This document shows, piece by piece, positions 9,836 through 19,738 of a stretch of DNA of 64,000 nucleotides. The position numbers and the translations under genes were made by a program. The stretch is from a virus: IMG/VR virus record IMGVR_UViG_3300023184_008808, positions 1 to 64,000 of that record; one strand, 5' to 3'. How positions within the stretch are numbered: the first letter of the stretch is position 1; every line of letters starts with the position of its first letter. The notes beneath the pieces are model-generated. The model was not told where the DNA came from. It saw only the letters and a program-made list of their open reading frames with translations, and did not search any database.

Positions 9836-10075
9836 ATGGATGAGAAAAAATTTATAATTCGTTGTTTAAAATGCCGTTGGCATCGATTTACATCTGGTCG
9901 AGCCGAAGACCTTACGGGTTTATACGAAATAAAAAATTGCACCAATTGTGGAAAGCCTCGTGAGTTTCGTTGTCTAAAATGCGGCAAACCAGCAAAAATG
10001 TTAAAAAGTCAAGGAAGTAGTAGTGGCACGACCACCAATGAAGGTGGTCCCGGCCATGTGATAAAGGGGGCTTGA
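9836..10075 (+). CDS. small zinc-binding protein
   Basis: Three CxxC motifs. Confidence 0.7.
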   Translation: MDEKKFIIRCLKCRWHRFTSGRAEDLTGLYEIKNCTNCGKPREFRCLKCGKPAKMLKSQGSSSGTTTNEGGPGHVIKGA

Positions 10076-10081
10076 TGTTTT

Positions 10082-11257
10082 ATGAAGTTTCTCAGTCAAT
10101 GTTTTCGTAATCAAGGTGATGGCAAGCTTTTGCCGAACGAAAAAATTCTTGATGATTTAAAATTTACTGTTTATAAATTCAATTCTCGTCCAAAACCTGT
10201 CGATAAAAATCGTATTCTTATAATTTCCTGTTTTTCAGAATTTGGTTGTGAATCTATTGCTTTAATGTATTGCATTCCACGGCTAATTGCTAAGAATCCG
10301 GGTGCGTACATAATTGCTGTTGGTTGGTATGGACGAGAATATCTTTATCGCCATCTTGTTGATGAGTTTTGGGAAATAGAAGAATCAGCTATGTGGCTTA
10401 GAGAATATAGCAATGCCTTCAACAGTACTTCCAAGAATTTGAAAAAAGCAGAAAAACTTTTAAGTCAGCATGGTTATGTTTATCCGGGTGTTAATTTAGG
10501 AATGTTGTGTGTTGGCACATTTTGCAAGAAGTGCCAACATGTATATGCTTCTCAAGAGGGTCAGCAACCAGTATGTCCTAATTGTAAATCAACGGATCAT
10601 GAGCAATCTCTTTTAGATAATCTTGTGCATTATCGAAGATTGGCTGTTCAGGTGCCTCGTCCATCCTTAAAAATGCAGCAAGTAGCAAGGAATTATTTGA
10701 AGCCAAATCCAGTGGGCATATTTGCTCGTGGTAGAACACTTTATGGTCGTAATTTACCATCAGAATTTTATGTAAAACTTATTGAGCGTTTAGAATTTCA
10801 GGGATACAATCCTATTTGGCTTGGAGAAAAACAAAGTGTTTTACCATGTCCTGTTTCTCACATTGTTGATTTTAGTCGTTTGCCCGAATCTAGAAATTTA
10901 GAATTAACATTGGCTATTATTTCTAATTTAAAATTTACAGTTCAATTTTGGACTGCAAGTACTCGTTTTGCTTCAATGATGGGAGTTCCTTGGATACTGT
11001 TTGAAAGTCCTGATCAAATTGGTGGTCGGGGACAAGAAGGTAAACGGATTATTTTGACAACTGATTACAACAAGAAAAAGTTGGTCATATCTAATTTTTG
11101 TGATGTGATAGAAAATCAAAATTCAGCATTGGATGTTGTAGATCGTGCAATTAAAGAAATACAGGAAGATAATTGGGATGATATTATGGGTTTAATTGAA
11201 TTTCCTGAACTTGTAAATCAAATTATTGAAAAACAAAAAGCTTGGAGGGCGATGTGA
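10082..11257 (+). CDS. GT-B (GT9/heptosyltransferase-like) protein with a zinc-ribbon insertion
   Basis: ILII..SEFG, LVDEFW, RNL..TLAIIS, ASMMGVP; CKKC...CPNC. Confidence 0.6.
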   Translation: MKFLSQCFRNQGDGKLLPNEKILDDLKFTVYKFNSRPKPVDKNRILIISCFSEFGCESIALMYCIPRLIAKNPGAYIIAVGWYGREYLYRHLVDEFWEIEESAMWLREYSNAFNSTSKNLKKAEKLLSQHGYVYPGVNLGMLCVGTFCKKCQHVYASQEGQQPVCPNCKSTDHEQSLLDNLVHYRRLAVQVPRPSLKMQQVARNYLKPNPVGIFARGRTLYGRNLPSEFYVKLIERLEFQGYNPIWLGEKQSVLPCPVSHIVDFSRLPESRNLELTLAIISNLKFTVQFWTASTRFASMMGVPWILFESPDQIGGRGQEGKRIILTTDYNKKKLVISNFCDVIENQNSALDVVDRAIKEIQEDNWDDIMGLIEFPELVNQIIEKQKAWRAM

Positions 11258-12396
11258 GTTCGTTAAATGATTTTTTAAAACGAGCAGCGGATCGTAATGG
11301 TTTTCGCAGAGATCGCTATGATGAAAGTAAAGTTCCAAATGATTTTAGTAATGTTTGTATATTGCCTTTTTTTGGTGATTTGCGTACCACGATGATTTTA
11401 TCGTCTTTTATTCTCAATCGTTTTCGTGAAGAAAATAAGGGTTCTAAATATTTTGTTCTTGCTTCATGGCCCGGATTGCAAGGGCTTTTCCCATATGTTG
11501 ATGAATATTGGTCAATTACTGATGAAGCTGTTTTTAAAAGATTTTATGATGGATCAGATGGCTTGCGTAATTGTTCAGATTTGGCTACGGTTTATATAAG
11601 AAATTTGAATGAGTTTTTTCGTGATGTTATAGATGTTTCTGATTTGCAGAAGATTTATCAAAATGGTTTTACAAATTATTTTTTTGATAAGTATAAGGAC
11701 ACCAAACGCTTTTGCCCATTTGTTCCTAGTTCTTCTGTTCTTGGCAAGGAATTTAATCGAGATTTAGCAGTTAGGGCAGGATATAAAGTTTTTTTACATC
11801 CAAGCATTTTTGCTAAATTTTGGCACAGCGGACGCAGTGAAAATATTAAGGTTAAGCGTGAATTTTATGTTGAATTGGTAAGAATGCTTTCATCTAAAAA
11901 CATTACACCTATAATTTGGCAAAATTTTTTGAGTTTTGATTTAACTGAATCTTGTTCTGAGCAGGCAATTATTTTTAAAGAACCAGATTTTATAAGAGCT
12001 ATGGCTGCTATGCGTGCTACTGGTTGTGTTTTAGATATATTTAATGGCTTATCTAGATATGCCCTTATGGCTCGCACTCCTTTTACTTGTGTTGATGAAC
12101 GCACAAGATATAACTCGACTAAAGAAAATGAAATTGATGATTTATGTGGCGAACTAATTCCTAAGCAATATATTTTTACATTTTCCACTATCTTAACAGA
12201 GGGGACACTTGCTAACTGGAATGCTGATGTTTTTCCATCTATTGCTAATCGATTGGAAAACTTTTTGCCAAACCTGAATCGTGACGAGTGGCCCTCAACG
12301 GCAGAGTCTCATGAGCTTGTGGCCTATGATAAACTAGTACGGATGCAGAAGCCGAAAAAGTTTGGAACTAGATTTATTAAAGTGATTCAAGACTGA
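11254..12396 (+). CDS. GT-B-like protein, paralog of the upstream gene
   Basis: FFGDL, PYVDEYW, ALMARTP; SD GGAGG before GTG. Confidence 0.55.
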   Translation: MSSLNDFLKRAADRNGFRRDRYDESKVPNDFSNVCILPFFGDLRTTMILSSFILNRFREENKGSKYFVLASWPGLQGLFPYVDEYWSITDEAVFKRFYDGSDGLRNCSDLATVYIRNLNEFFRDVIDVSDLQKIYQNGFTNYFFDKYKDTKRFCPFVPSSSVLGKEFNRDLAVRAGYKVFLHPSIFAKFWHSGRSENIKVKREFYVELVRMLSSKNITPIIWQNFLSFDLTESCSEQAIIFKEPDFIRAMAAMRATGCVLDIFNGLSRYALMARTPFTCVDERTRYNSTKENEIDDLCGELIPKQYIFTFSTILTEGTLANWNADVFPSIANRLENFLPNLNRDEWPSTAESHELVAYDKLVRMQKPKKFGTRFIKVIQD

Positions 12397-12406
12397 GGAA
12401 TTTTCA

Positions 12407-12691
12407 ATGGCTTGTCGAGTTGAACTTCGTAATTTATCGCATAATCCAAGTTGGCATGAGCGTGAAATTGCTTTTAAAAAGATGCACACTGCGTTTAAGA
12501 AGCAGGTTGCAGAAGCAGGTATTTTACATGATTATAAAGAACGGGAGTATTATGAAAGTCCCGGTCAATCTCGTAGGAGAAAGAATAAAGAGGCTGAAAA
12601 TCAGCGCTTAAAGGAAAAGCTCCGAGAGAATTTTCCTGAGCGTAGGAAGCCTAAGAAGGACAATAAGAAGAAAAATAAAAAGGAAGCTTAA
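12407..12691 (+). CDS. rpsU: ribosomal protein bS21
   Basis: FKKQVAEAGILHDYKEREYYESPGQSRRRK. Confidence 0.88.
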   Translation: MACRVELRNLSHNPSWHEREIAFKKMHTAFKKQVAEAGILHDYKEREYYESPGQSRRRKNKEAENQRLKEKLRENFPERRKPKKDNKKKNKKEA

Positions 12692-12955
12692 ATGACTGCA
12701 AAAAAAGGCACCATTATAAGCCTATCAATCGATTCTGAAATTCAGGATCGATTGAAGGTAGTGGCGAAGCGCAGAAATGTTAGCGTCTCAAAACTCGTGC
12801 GGGATGTTGTAGAAAAACATCTTCCCAAGGACGATGATGAGTTTGACACTATCATTTTTAAAATTCCACCTGAAATTAAAAAAGATGGAGATACACTTCG
12901 CAGCTGGATGAATCTTCGTGTTGAAGCAGTTGTAAAAGCTCTGACTCCATCTTAA
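12692..12955 (+). CDS. ribbon-helix-helix DNA-binding protein
   Basis: IISLSIDSEIQDRLKVVAKRRNVSVSKLVRDVV. Confidence 0.8.
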   Translation: MTAKKGTIISLSIDSEIQDRLKVVAKRRNVSVSKLVRDVVEKHLPKDDDEFDTIIFKIPPEIKKDGDTLRSWMNLRVEAVVKALTPS

Positions 12956-12963
12956 AATTTTAT

Positions 12964-13464
12964 ATGATTGATAAAAATACTGTTATTCAATTGGTTCCTG
13001 TTGACCTTTTGCCAAAAGCCATCGATGTTCCAACGGACGATCCGATGGCTATTTTCCGTCTTGCAACCAAGATGGAAAAGCTTTGTACCGAAGAAGATGG
13101 CATTGGATTGTCTGCTGTTCAAGTGGGCATTCCATGGAATTTTTTTATTTTACGCCGTGGCAGATATTATGAGTATTATCTCAATTGTGAATATACTGGT
13201 TTAGGCCCCAAGCAAAATTCTATTGAAGGGTGTCTTAGCTTAAAAAACACAGATGGTACATTGAAGCGTTTTGAATGTCAACGCTATGCTAAAATTCGTG
13301 TTAAGGGCAAGCAATTACGATTTACTAATGTTCCTGCCTTGGTCATAAGTGATTTTGATGAAGTGCAAGAAGGTTTGTATTCTGTTGTTTTTCAACATGA
13401 AATTGATCATGGCAATGACATTCTTATTTCCCAAATAGGCAAAGAAATAGAATTTATAAGGTGA
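12964..13464 (+). CDS. def: peptide deformylase
   Basis: GIGLSAVQVG, EGCLS, QHEIDH. Confidence 0.93.
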   Translation: MIDKNTVIQLVPVDLLPKAIDVPTDDPMAIFRLATKMEKLCTEEDGIGLSAVQVGIPWNFFILRRGRYYEYYLNCEYTGLGPKQNSIEGCLSLKNTDGTLKRFECQRYAKIRVKGKQLRFTNVPALVISDFDEVQEGLYSVVFQHEIDHGNDILISQIGKEIEFIR

Positions 13465-13467
13465 TTC

Positions 13468-13743
13468 ATGCTTAGTCTACAACAACTTGCAGATGTGTGT
13501 CTTGCTAATGATTCAGGTTCTAATAGATGTCGTTTTTTGCACCAAGATCCCAGTGAGCTCGCAAAGTTTTTTTGCTTAAAAATGAGTCCTAAAGCAAAAA
13601 TTATTGAACAAAGCGTTTCAGATTTTATTGTAGACAAAAAGCGTAGAGGGCAAGATCCTTATGCTGAGAATATGCCCCTTGGAGATAATTGCGAAGGATA
13701 CCCAGTTATGAGAAACATTTTGCAAGGCTACGATCAAGACTAA
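13468..13743 (+). CDS. Cys-rich hypothetical protein
   Basis: ORF in operon; SD AAGGTG. Confidence 0.65.
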   Translation: MLSLQQLADVCLANDSGSNRCRFLHQDPSELAKFFCLKMSPKAKIIEQSVSDFIVDKKRRGQDPYAENMPLGDNCEGYPVMRNILQGYDQD

Positions 13744-14234
13744 TTAACATATTTTTTTAACATTCCATAAACTTCTGAAGCAGTGTTGTTTCTTGCTGCT
13801 GATTTCAGTATATTTTCATTTAATACTGGGTTGTTAAACCTAGCAATCTCTTTTGCCATAATTTCGCAATTCTTTTCTCCTTGAACCGCCCGATGCCTAT
13901 ACCAGAAAAGAATCATTCCAATCACAATAATTGCAAATACAAAGATCAATGCTCCATCGCCTTGAATTATTTGAATTCCTGTGTTTTCATTTCTTGACAA
14001 TGCAGCATTGATGTTCAACATTCCATTTTGAATTTCTTTAAGTTTGCTGTTTTGGATACCAATTTCTTGACGAAGTTTTCCAATCTCTGCCATTACCCCA
14101 TTTTGATTATTCCGAATATCTTCAATATGGCCTTGTTGGTTATTGATTTTTTGTTGATTTCGGGGATTGAAATTGGCACATCCAGCAATACTCATAAAAA
14201 GTATTGCGATGCAAACGATTATTTTGTTTTTCAT
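13740..14234 (-). CDS. lipoprotein with coiled coil and a C-proximal TM helix (u-spanin-like topology)
   Basis: Lipobox IAG-C; TM ALIFVFAIIVIGMILFWY; SD GGAGG. Confidence 0.7.
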   Translation of the reverse strand: MKNKIIVCIAILFMSIAGCANFNPRNQQKINNQQGHIEDIRNNQNGVMAEIGKLRQEIGIQNSKLKEIQNGMLNINAALSRNENTGIQIIQGDGALIFVFAIIVIGMILFWYRHRAVQGEKNCEIMAKEIARFNNPVLNENILKSAARNNTASEVYGMLKKYVN

Positions 14235-14322
14235 TTTGCCTCCAATTGTATGTATTTACATTCGGTTATAATTGAGGTATATTCTTTTATCCCATATTTT
14301 ACCCTACGCTGGAGGATTTAGC

Positions 14323-14775
14323 GTGATGCGTCTCGACATGGATGAATTTGATGAAGTTGAGGAATTAGAAGAAGTAGCACAATCTGGGCAAGATTATAGT
14401 GAAAACTATGTTCCCCCCAAAGATGGAATTGTTCTTGATTTTGACAGGAATGGTTCTTTTTTAGCAAAATACTTTTTGCACAAATTTTTTAAAGATTATT
14501 CTTTGCATATTGGTGGATCTATTCCTCTTGACATGCTTTACACAGATAGACGCCTAAATAAAGTGCTTCATCTTTCTTTTGTAGAAGGTGTAGATCACGC
14601 TCATGCAGCATTTAGTAAATTGGGCGTAAAAGAATCAGATTCACATTCTGTACCTGATCATGTGATGTTAATCATTACTACTTTAGGAAAGTTATCAAAG
14701 GCAGGCATCCCACGATGTTATGCGGGTGGCATGTTGTGTTTATATCTTGAGTTGGTGGAAGGCATTGAATTTTAA
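14323..14775 (+). CDS. hypothetical protein
   Basis: SD GGAGGA before GTG/ATG. Confidence 0.7.
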   Translation: MMRLDMDEFDEVEELEEVAQSGQDYSENYVPPKDGIVLDFDRNGSFLAKYFLHKFFKDYSLHIGGSIPLDMLYTDRRLNKVLHLSFVEGVDHAHAAFSKLGVKESDSHSVPDHVMLIITTLGKLSKAGIPRCYAGGMLCLYLELVEGIEF

Positions 14776-15079
14776 TCCTGATTTAGCATTTGTGTCGAAG
14801 GCTTGGGAAAATTTAGAAGTTTCCAAGGAAAAGAAGTATTTGCTCAAGTACTTCGACACACCTGTTCAAGAAGCCTTTTTAAAATACTATCTTGTATTTG
14901 GCAATTACACTCATTTTTGCGACCATACAGGCTATTTTTGTCAGGTTCGTTGGCTTAAGTTGCTGTATGACAAATTTATTAAACTTGAAGCTCTTAAATC
15001 AAAAGCTAAACAAGAAATGGATTTTCATCTTTTAACACGGTTGGAAGATGGCAAGTTCATGATGACTAAACAAAAATAA
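14765..15079 (+). CDS. hypothetical protein
   Basis: ORF; start uncertain. Confidence 0.6.
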   Translation: MNFNPDLAFVSKAWENLEVSKEKKYLLKYFDTPVQEAFLKYYLVFGNYTHFCDHTGYFCQVRWLKLLYDKFIKLEALKSKAKQEMDFHLLTRLEDGKFMMTKQK

Positions 15080-15101
15080 ATTAAAGATCATACATATTTT
15101 T

Positions 15102-15326
15102 ATGTCACTTATATCCTACAAAGAATGGCGTCAAAAGATGTATGAAGCGAGTCCTACAACTCGTCTTCGTGCTGGCATTATGATGGGTAATTATCCCATG
15201 ACTGCAGCTGGCATGTCTCGTTCAACGCCTCATCCTGAATTCGTCAAAAAGGCTATCCAAACCTTTGGTAGCCCAGAACATCCTAAGAAATCCAAAAAGC
15301 ATAAAAAGCGTGATAAAAAAGGCTGA
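15102..15326 (+). CDS. small basic protein with a capsid-targeting-like N-terminus
   Basis: MSLISYKEW..YE; Lys-rich tail; TACATA 5 nt upstream. Confidence 0.7.
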   Translation: MSLISYKEWRQKMYEASPTTRLRAGIMMGNYPMTAAGMSRSTPHPEFVKKAIQTFGSPEHPKKSKKHKKRDKKG

Positions 15327-15329
15327 TTT

Positions 15330-15773
15330 ATGCTTTTATTTTCGGAATGGATTATAAATCGTCTAAATGAATCTAAGCGCAAGCTTGGCAAATCTCGCTC
15401 CACACCTTCTGCTCGCACTGATATTGATCGTTGGATTAAATCTGTAGAAGATTTAGCCAAAGATTTAGAAGAATTAAAAAAAATAAAGAAAAAGGTAAGT
15501 GAGCGCAAAAGATCTCAAGAACTCGTTAAGCGTGTTATGAAAGAACCTAAAAAAGAAAAAGACAAAGATAAAACAGAAAAGCCTAGTGAAGATCAAAAAT
15601 CAAAGCAGGAAGCCAAAGAAAAGACTAAAAATCTTAAGGTAGATTCTCAGTACAAACAAAAGTCTTTATTGACTTCCAAATCTGAGAATCCAACTACTAA
15701 AATACAAGGAAATGTTAAACGAGATGTCAATAAACAAGCAGAGCTTTATAAACGAGGAGGACAGTCAAAGTAA
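15330..15773 (+). CDS. Lys/Glu-rich protein with a capsid-targeting-like N-terminus
   Basis: MLLFSEWIINRLNE. Confidence 0.7.
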   Translation: MLLFSEWIINRLNESKRKLGKSRSTPSARTDIDRWIKSVEDLAKDLEELKKIKKKVSERKRSQELVKRVMKEPKKEKDKDKTEKPSEDQKSKQEAKEKTKNLKVDSQYKQKSLLTSKSENPTTKIQGNVKRDVNKQAELYKRGGQSK

Positions 15774-16080
15774 ATTATCAATTTACTTTTTCTTTGCCTT
15801 TTGGATTTGGATTGGTTTTGTTAGTTGCATAGACACTGCACTTTCACTTAAATATCGTGATCAATTGATACATGTCGAGGAAAATCCAATTGCTGTCTGG
15901 CTTTTGCAGATCGACGATGGCACTCTTGCTCAATTTGTTGCAATTAAAATGTTTGGCACGATAATTGTTTTAGGTTGTCTTATTACTTTATTGAATTTTC
16001 GTATAAAGTGGGGACTTACAATAGCCATTGTTCTTGCTATGTTTCAAGCTTGCTTGTTGGGTTATTTATTTCTCTTATAA
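15724..16080 (+). CDS. 3-TM membrane protein (DUF5658-like)
   Basis: D..LS...EENPIA.WLL; hydrophobic segments. Confidence 0.65.
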   Translation: MSINKQSFINEEDSQSKLSIYFFFAFWIWIGFVSCIDTALSLKYRDQLIHVEENPIAVWLLQIDDGTLAQFVAIKMFGTIIVLGCLITLLNFRIKWGLTIAIVLAMFQACLLGYLFLL

Positions 16081-16096
16081 TTATGTAAATGGGAGA

Positions 16097-16570
16097 ATGT
16101 TTATGTCAGGTGACATGTTACAAAAAATGAGCGATATGATCAGATTCCCTGATTATACTTCTGAAGAAAAAAATAAACATGCTAAAGAAATTCAAAAACA
16201 ACTGATTATCAAACCTGATAGTGCCAACACTTATATTGTCGTAACTGCTTTTGATACTGAAAATTCAAGTAATTTTGTTAATCGTTTAACTTGTCGCAAT
16301 GGCTTGCCTATTGGTGGTTATGTTTATGATGCTCAAAATGATTGTTATTTTGTAGAATGTGCTGATTTTTTAGTACTTGGTGCAATTCCAATTGCTTATG
16401 TTGCAAGTTTTGAAGGAGATGTTAATTGGAAGTCTAGAGTGCCAATATCTTCTTCGGTAATTAAAAAATATCTTAGTCCTTTGCAAAAACAAGAATTAAA
16501 GAATTTTCAAAAAAAATTTAAATCACCAAAATTTCGAATCAATTTCGTTCAAATGGTAGACCCAAATTGA
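16097..16570 (+). CDS. hypothetical protein
   Basis: SD GGGAG. Confidence 0.65.
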   Translation: MFMSGDMLQKMSDMIRFPDYTSEEKNKHAKEIQKQLIIKPDSANTYIVVTAFDTENSSNFVNRLTCRNGLPIGGYVYDAQNDCYFVECADFLVLGAIPIAYVASFEGDVNWKSRVPISSSVIKKYLSPLQKQELKNFQKKFKSPKFRINFVQMVDPN

Positions 16571-17013
16571 ACAAAAATAAAAATTATCCTTGGTCGCAAA
16601 TAGATCTAGATGATTTATGGATGGGGCTGGCTTTAATGATGGCTTGCCGCTCTCCTCTAGGTAATGCTTGTTTGCTTGTTGAAAGTGACAAATTGCTTTA
16701 TGTTGGTCTTGAAACTCATCCTAAATATAACTGCAATTCTAAGATGGCAATAGCAGCAGAAATTGATGCAATCATGAATTGTCCAATTTCTTATAGTGAT
16801 GCTTCTCTTTTTTTAACGACTACACCTTCTTCTGCTGGTTTAATGGCAATCGCTTCCATTTCTAAAGTACAAAGACTTGTTTATTTTGCCAAAAATAATT
16901 CTGATATTGAAAAAGATTTGACTAATAGTCCAATTCTTAGCAAATATCAAGGAAATTTGAATTGGTTAAGAGATTATGTTCGAAGTTTAGATTTATTAGG
17001 GCATAAGCCATAA
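16567..17013 (+). CDS. dCMP-deaminase-like protein lacking Zn ligands
   Basis: DDLWMGLALMMACRS; IAAEIDAI (for HAE); LFLTTTPSSAG (for PCxxC); VQRLVY. Confidence 0.7.
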   Translation: MNKNKNYPWSQIDLDDLWMGLALMMACRSPLGNACLLVESDKLLYVGLETHPKYNCNSKMAIAAEIDAIMNCPISYSDASLFLTTTPSSAGLMAIASISKVQRLVYFAKNNSDIEKDLTNSPILSKYQGNLNWLRDYVRSLDLLGHKP

Positions 17014-17021
17014 ATATCCTT

Positions 17022-17849
17022 ATGACATGTTCATCAACTGGTATTGGTTATTCATCTAGTTCCTCTACTACGGCTTGCCCCGACCAATATGGTTGTGTGT
17101 CTGGTGTTTGCCCAGACTTTGTTATTCGTAGACACGATACAAAACCTCAATTTAAAGTTAAGGTTGAAGATTGTGACGGCCCTCTTGATTTGGCCAATCT
17201 TGTTGTTGAAGCATCAATGTGGGCCAAGGCTAAATTAAAAACAGCTATGGATGATAATGATACTGTTTTAGCATTTGCTGATAATATTGGCTTTGGACAG
17301 GTTATGATTGGCGATATTCTCTTGATGGATCAAGGGCGTCTTCCCGAAAAAATGCTTGTAGTTTCTTTTGATGAAGTAAACAGGCTTATCCATGTACAGA
17401 GAGGTTATCATGGAACTCCGATTCAGACATGGAAGCGTGGTTCTTCTCTTCGCATATTAAAATTTACAAATGCTACAGCTAATGGTGAAATGTTATATCA
17501 AGATATTGTTGAACTTGATGGCACAATAAATAAAGATGTACTAATTGATAGTTTTCTTGTTTATGATTGGCATACTGCAGATACTTGTTTGCCCGGTTGT
17601 TATTATATCGAATTTAAATTGATGAAAATGACCCCTGTTTCACTTCATATGCAAAGCATAGTGCCAAGCGATCAAATTCCAAGTAACTTAGTGCCAAGTA
17701 ATGTTGTGCCAAGTTTTACAGATCCTAGTCTTACACCTTCAGATTTAAGTTGTGGCATAAGCCCTACTATTGAATGGATTCGTCGCTTCCCAGTCGATAC
17801 AGAAGGTTTCTTAATCAAAATCAATGATTCGCCTACAATCAATGATTAG
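17022..17849 (+). CDS. probable virion structural protein (BppU-like N-terminus)
   Basis: IRRHDTKP..V..DGPLDL, YDW..DT..PG.Y..EF; TAAATA upstream. Confidence 0.6.
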   Translation: MTCSSTGIGYSSSSSTTACPDQYGCVSGVCPDFVIRRHDTKPQFKVKVEDCDGPLDLANLVVEASMWAKAKLKTAMDDNDTVLAFADNIGFGQVMIGDILLMDQGRLPEKMLVVSFDEVNRLIHVQRGYHGTPIQTWKRGSSLRILKFTNATANGEMLYQDIVELDGTINKDVLIDSFLVYDWHTADTCLPGCYYIEFKLMKMTPVSLHMQSIVPSDQIPSNLVPSNVVPSFTDPSLTPSDLSCGISPTIEWIRRFPVDTEGFLIKINDSPTIND

Positions 17850-17938
17850 GTATATAATTATCTTGACATTTTTGATTTTTGGCTTAATACTTTAATCGTT
17901 TTGTTTGAGGCCATTTTAACCTTTTGTGAGTAGCAAGA

Positions 17939-18505
17939 ATGAATAACCCAAATTATGGTAGGCGTTTTTCAAGGGATCAGAATTTCAAAAGAGAAGATGA
18001 ACACAGGGTTAATTATAATATTCTTGTTCCACAAGTGCGAGTAATTAGAGGTGAAGAGCAGTTGGGGATTATGCCAACTGATGTGGCTCGTCGCATGGCT
18101 ATGGACGAAGGATTAGATCTTGTCGAAGTTGTTGCTACTGCAAAACCCCCTGTTTGTCGAATTATGGATTATAGTCGTTTTAAGTATGATCAAAACATAA
18201 AGAAAAAAGAAACTGCAAAAAAGCAACGAGAGGCCCAATCTCATTTAAAAGAAATTCGTCTTCGCCCATCTATTGCCGATCACGATACTGATATGAAAAT
18301 CACTCAAGCAAAAAAATTTATTGCTGAGGGCAACAAGGTTCAATTTAATCTTGAATTTCGTGGTGCTAGAGAACTAAGCCACAAAGAACAAGGATTTAGA
18401 GTAATGCAACGAGTGGTGGAGGCTTTGGCTGAATTTGCAAAATTAGATAGAGCTCCTGCTATGGAAGGCAGAAAAATAATATGTTCATTTTCTCCTAAGG
18501 CTTGA
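17939..18505 (+). CDS. infC: translation initiation factor IF-3
   Basis: VRVI.GEEQLGIM, GLDLVEV, PPVCRIMDY, KEIRLRP, FRG. Confidence 0.95.
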   Translation: MNNPNYGRRFSRDQNFKREDEHRVNYNILVPQVRVIRGEEQLGIMPTDVARRMAMDEGLDLVEVVATAKPPVCRIMDYSRFKYDQNIKKKETAKKQREAQSHLKEIRLRPSIADHDTDMKITQAKKFIAEGNKVQFNLEFRGARELSHKEQGFRVMQRVVEALAEFAKLDRAPAMEGRKIICSFSPKA

Positions 18506-18516
18506 TGGAGATTTTT

Positions 18517-19725
18517 ATGGTTAACGATCATCTGGTTGGCAAGATTCAAGATCTTCAGCAAGAATTTTTGCGCAGGCTTGGACAAAACCAAATCAGCATT
18601 ATGTCGTCGCCAACTCCTCAACTTTTAAGAAAGATTTTTGATGCAAACCATGATCTTCTCGAATATGCATTAGGTGACTTTGGTACTCGTCTCGGTCGAT
18701 ATACTCGTAGTATTGATATAGGTCATCCTGATGTAATTACAATTTTTGATGGCATATTTTGTGATGATCAAAAATTTTCCAAGTACTGTTTGGAACTTCT
18801 TAGACTTGCTGAATTTGCCCGTGGAAATGGTATGATTCATGTATTCCCTGATATTGGCAACCTTTTTGTTCGAGAAATGGTAAGTAAAACTGTCACCAAA
18901 AAACTTGATGGAACATATCAAACTCGTGCCCATGTTCGCCTTGTTAGAGATCAAGAAGAACGAGATTATATCCGCTTAAATAAGCGCATTCAATGTATTG
19001 ATTTACAAGCTGTTTATAAAAAAGGTGAAGAGTCTTGGAATTCTCAGCCTGATAATTTTAAGAAATTTCTTCGTTTTGATGCCGCATACGAAGAAGAAAT
19101 TAAGATTGCTCAAAAGAAAATGAAAAGATATCAGGAATTGGGATGCAATTCTCTAGCATCAGAAATTGAAAAATCAATTGAACTTTTCAAAGAAAATATG
19201 GATCAGGCTTATTATGGCTTCAATCGGATTACTATGACTAATGCAGCAATTATTCTTGCTAAATCTTTAGGTTATACATTTATAGATTCCTCAATTCAAA
19301 TTGCTTCTTCCTCAACAATTAAAATAAATCGTTCATTTTTTGGTACTTATAATTTTGATGTGAGTCGAAATGGATTTGCAATTTTAAATTTAGGTGATGA
19401 TGCTTTTGAATATAAGCCAAAAGTTTATCCTTTATACGAACTCATAGACATAGCTCCAACAGGTGTTTTGAAAACTATTCAATTACTTGAGCAGTTTCCA
19501 GAAGCAAATAATCGACCTATATTTGATCATTATGGAATAATTGTTCCTAGTATTCAATATAATCATGAATCAATTTATGATTATGATGGTCTAATTATTA
19601 GGCATAATACAATTGATGAAGCTGGAAAAGCTTTAGATAAAATACTTATCAAGAGAAAATATTTCTATCCTATTGTAGTTGGGGAGAAAGACGGAAAGTG
19701 TTTCTTTATTTGCTACTGGATATAG
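18517..19725 (+). CDS. hypothetical protein
   Basis: ~400-aa ORF; SD GGAG. Confidence 0.75.
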   Translation: MVNDHLVGKIQDLQQEFLRRLGQNQISIMSSPTPQLLRKIFDANHDLLEYALGDFGTRLGRYTRSIDIGHPDVITIFDGIFCDDQKFSKYCLELLRLAEFARGNGMIHVFPDIGNLFVREMVSKTVTKKLDGTYQTRAHVRLVRDQEERDYIRLNKRIQCIDLQAVYKKGEESWNSQPDNFKKFLRFDAAYEEEIKIAQKKMKRYQELGCNSLASEIEKSIELFKENMDQAYYGFNRITMTNAAIILAKSLGYTFIDSSIQIASSSTIKINRSFFGTYNFDVSRNGFAILNLGDDAFEYKPKVYPLYELIDIAPTGVLKTIQLLEQFPEANNRPIFDHYGIIVPSIQYNHESIYDYDGLIIRHNTIDEAGKALDKILIKRKYFYPIVVGEKDGKCFFICYWI

Positions 19726-19738
19726 AGAAGAGGTTGTT

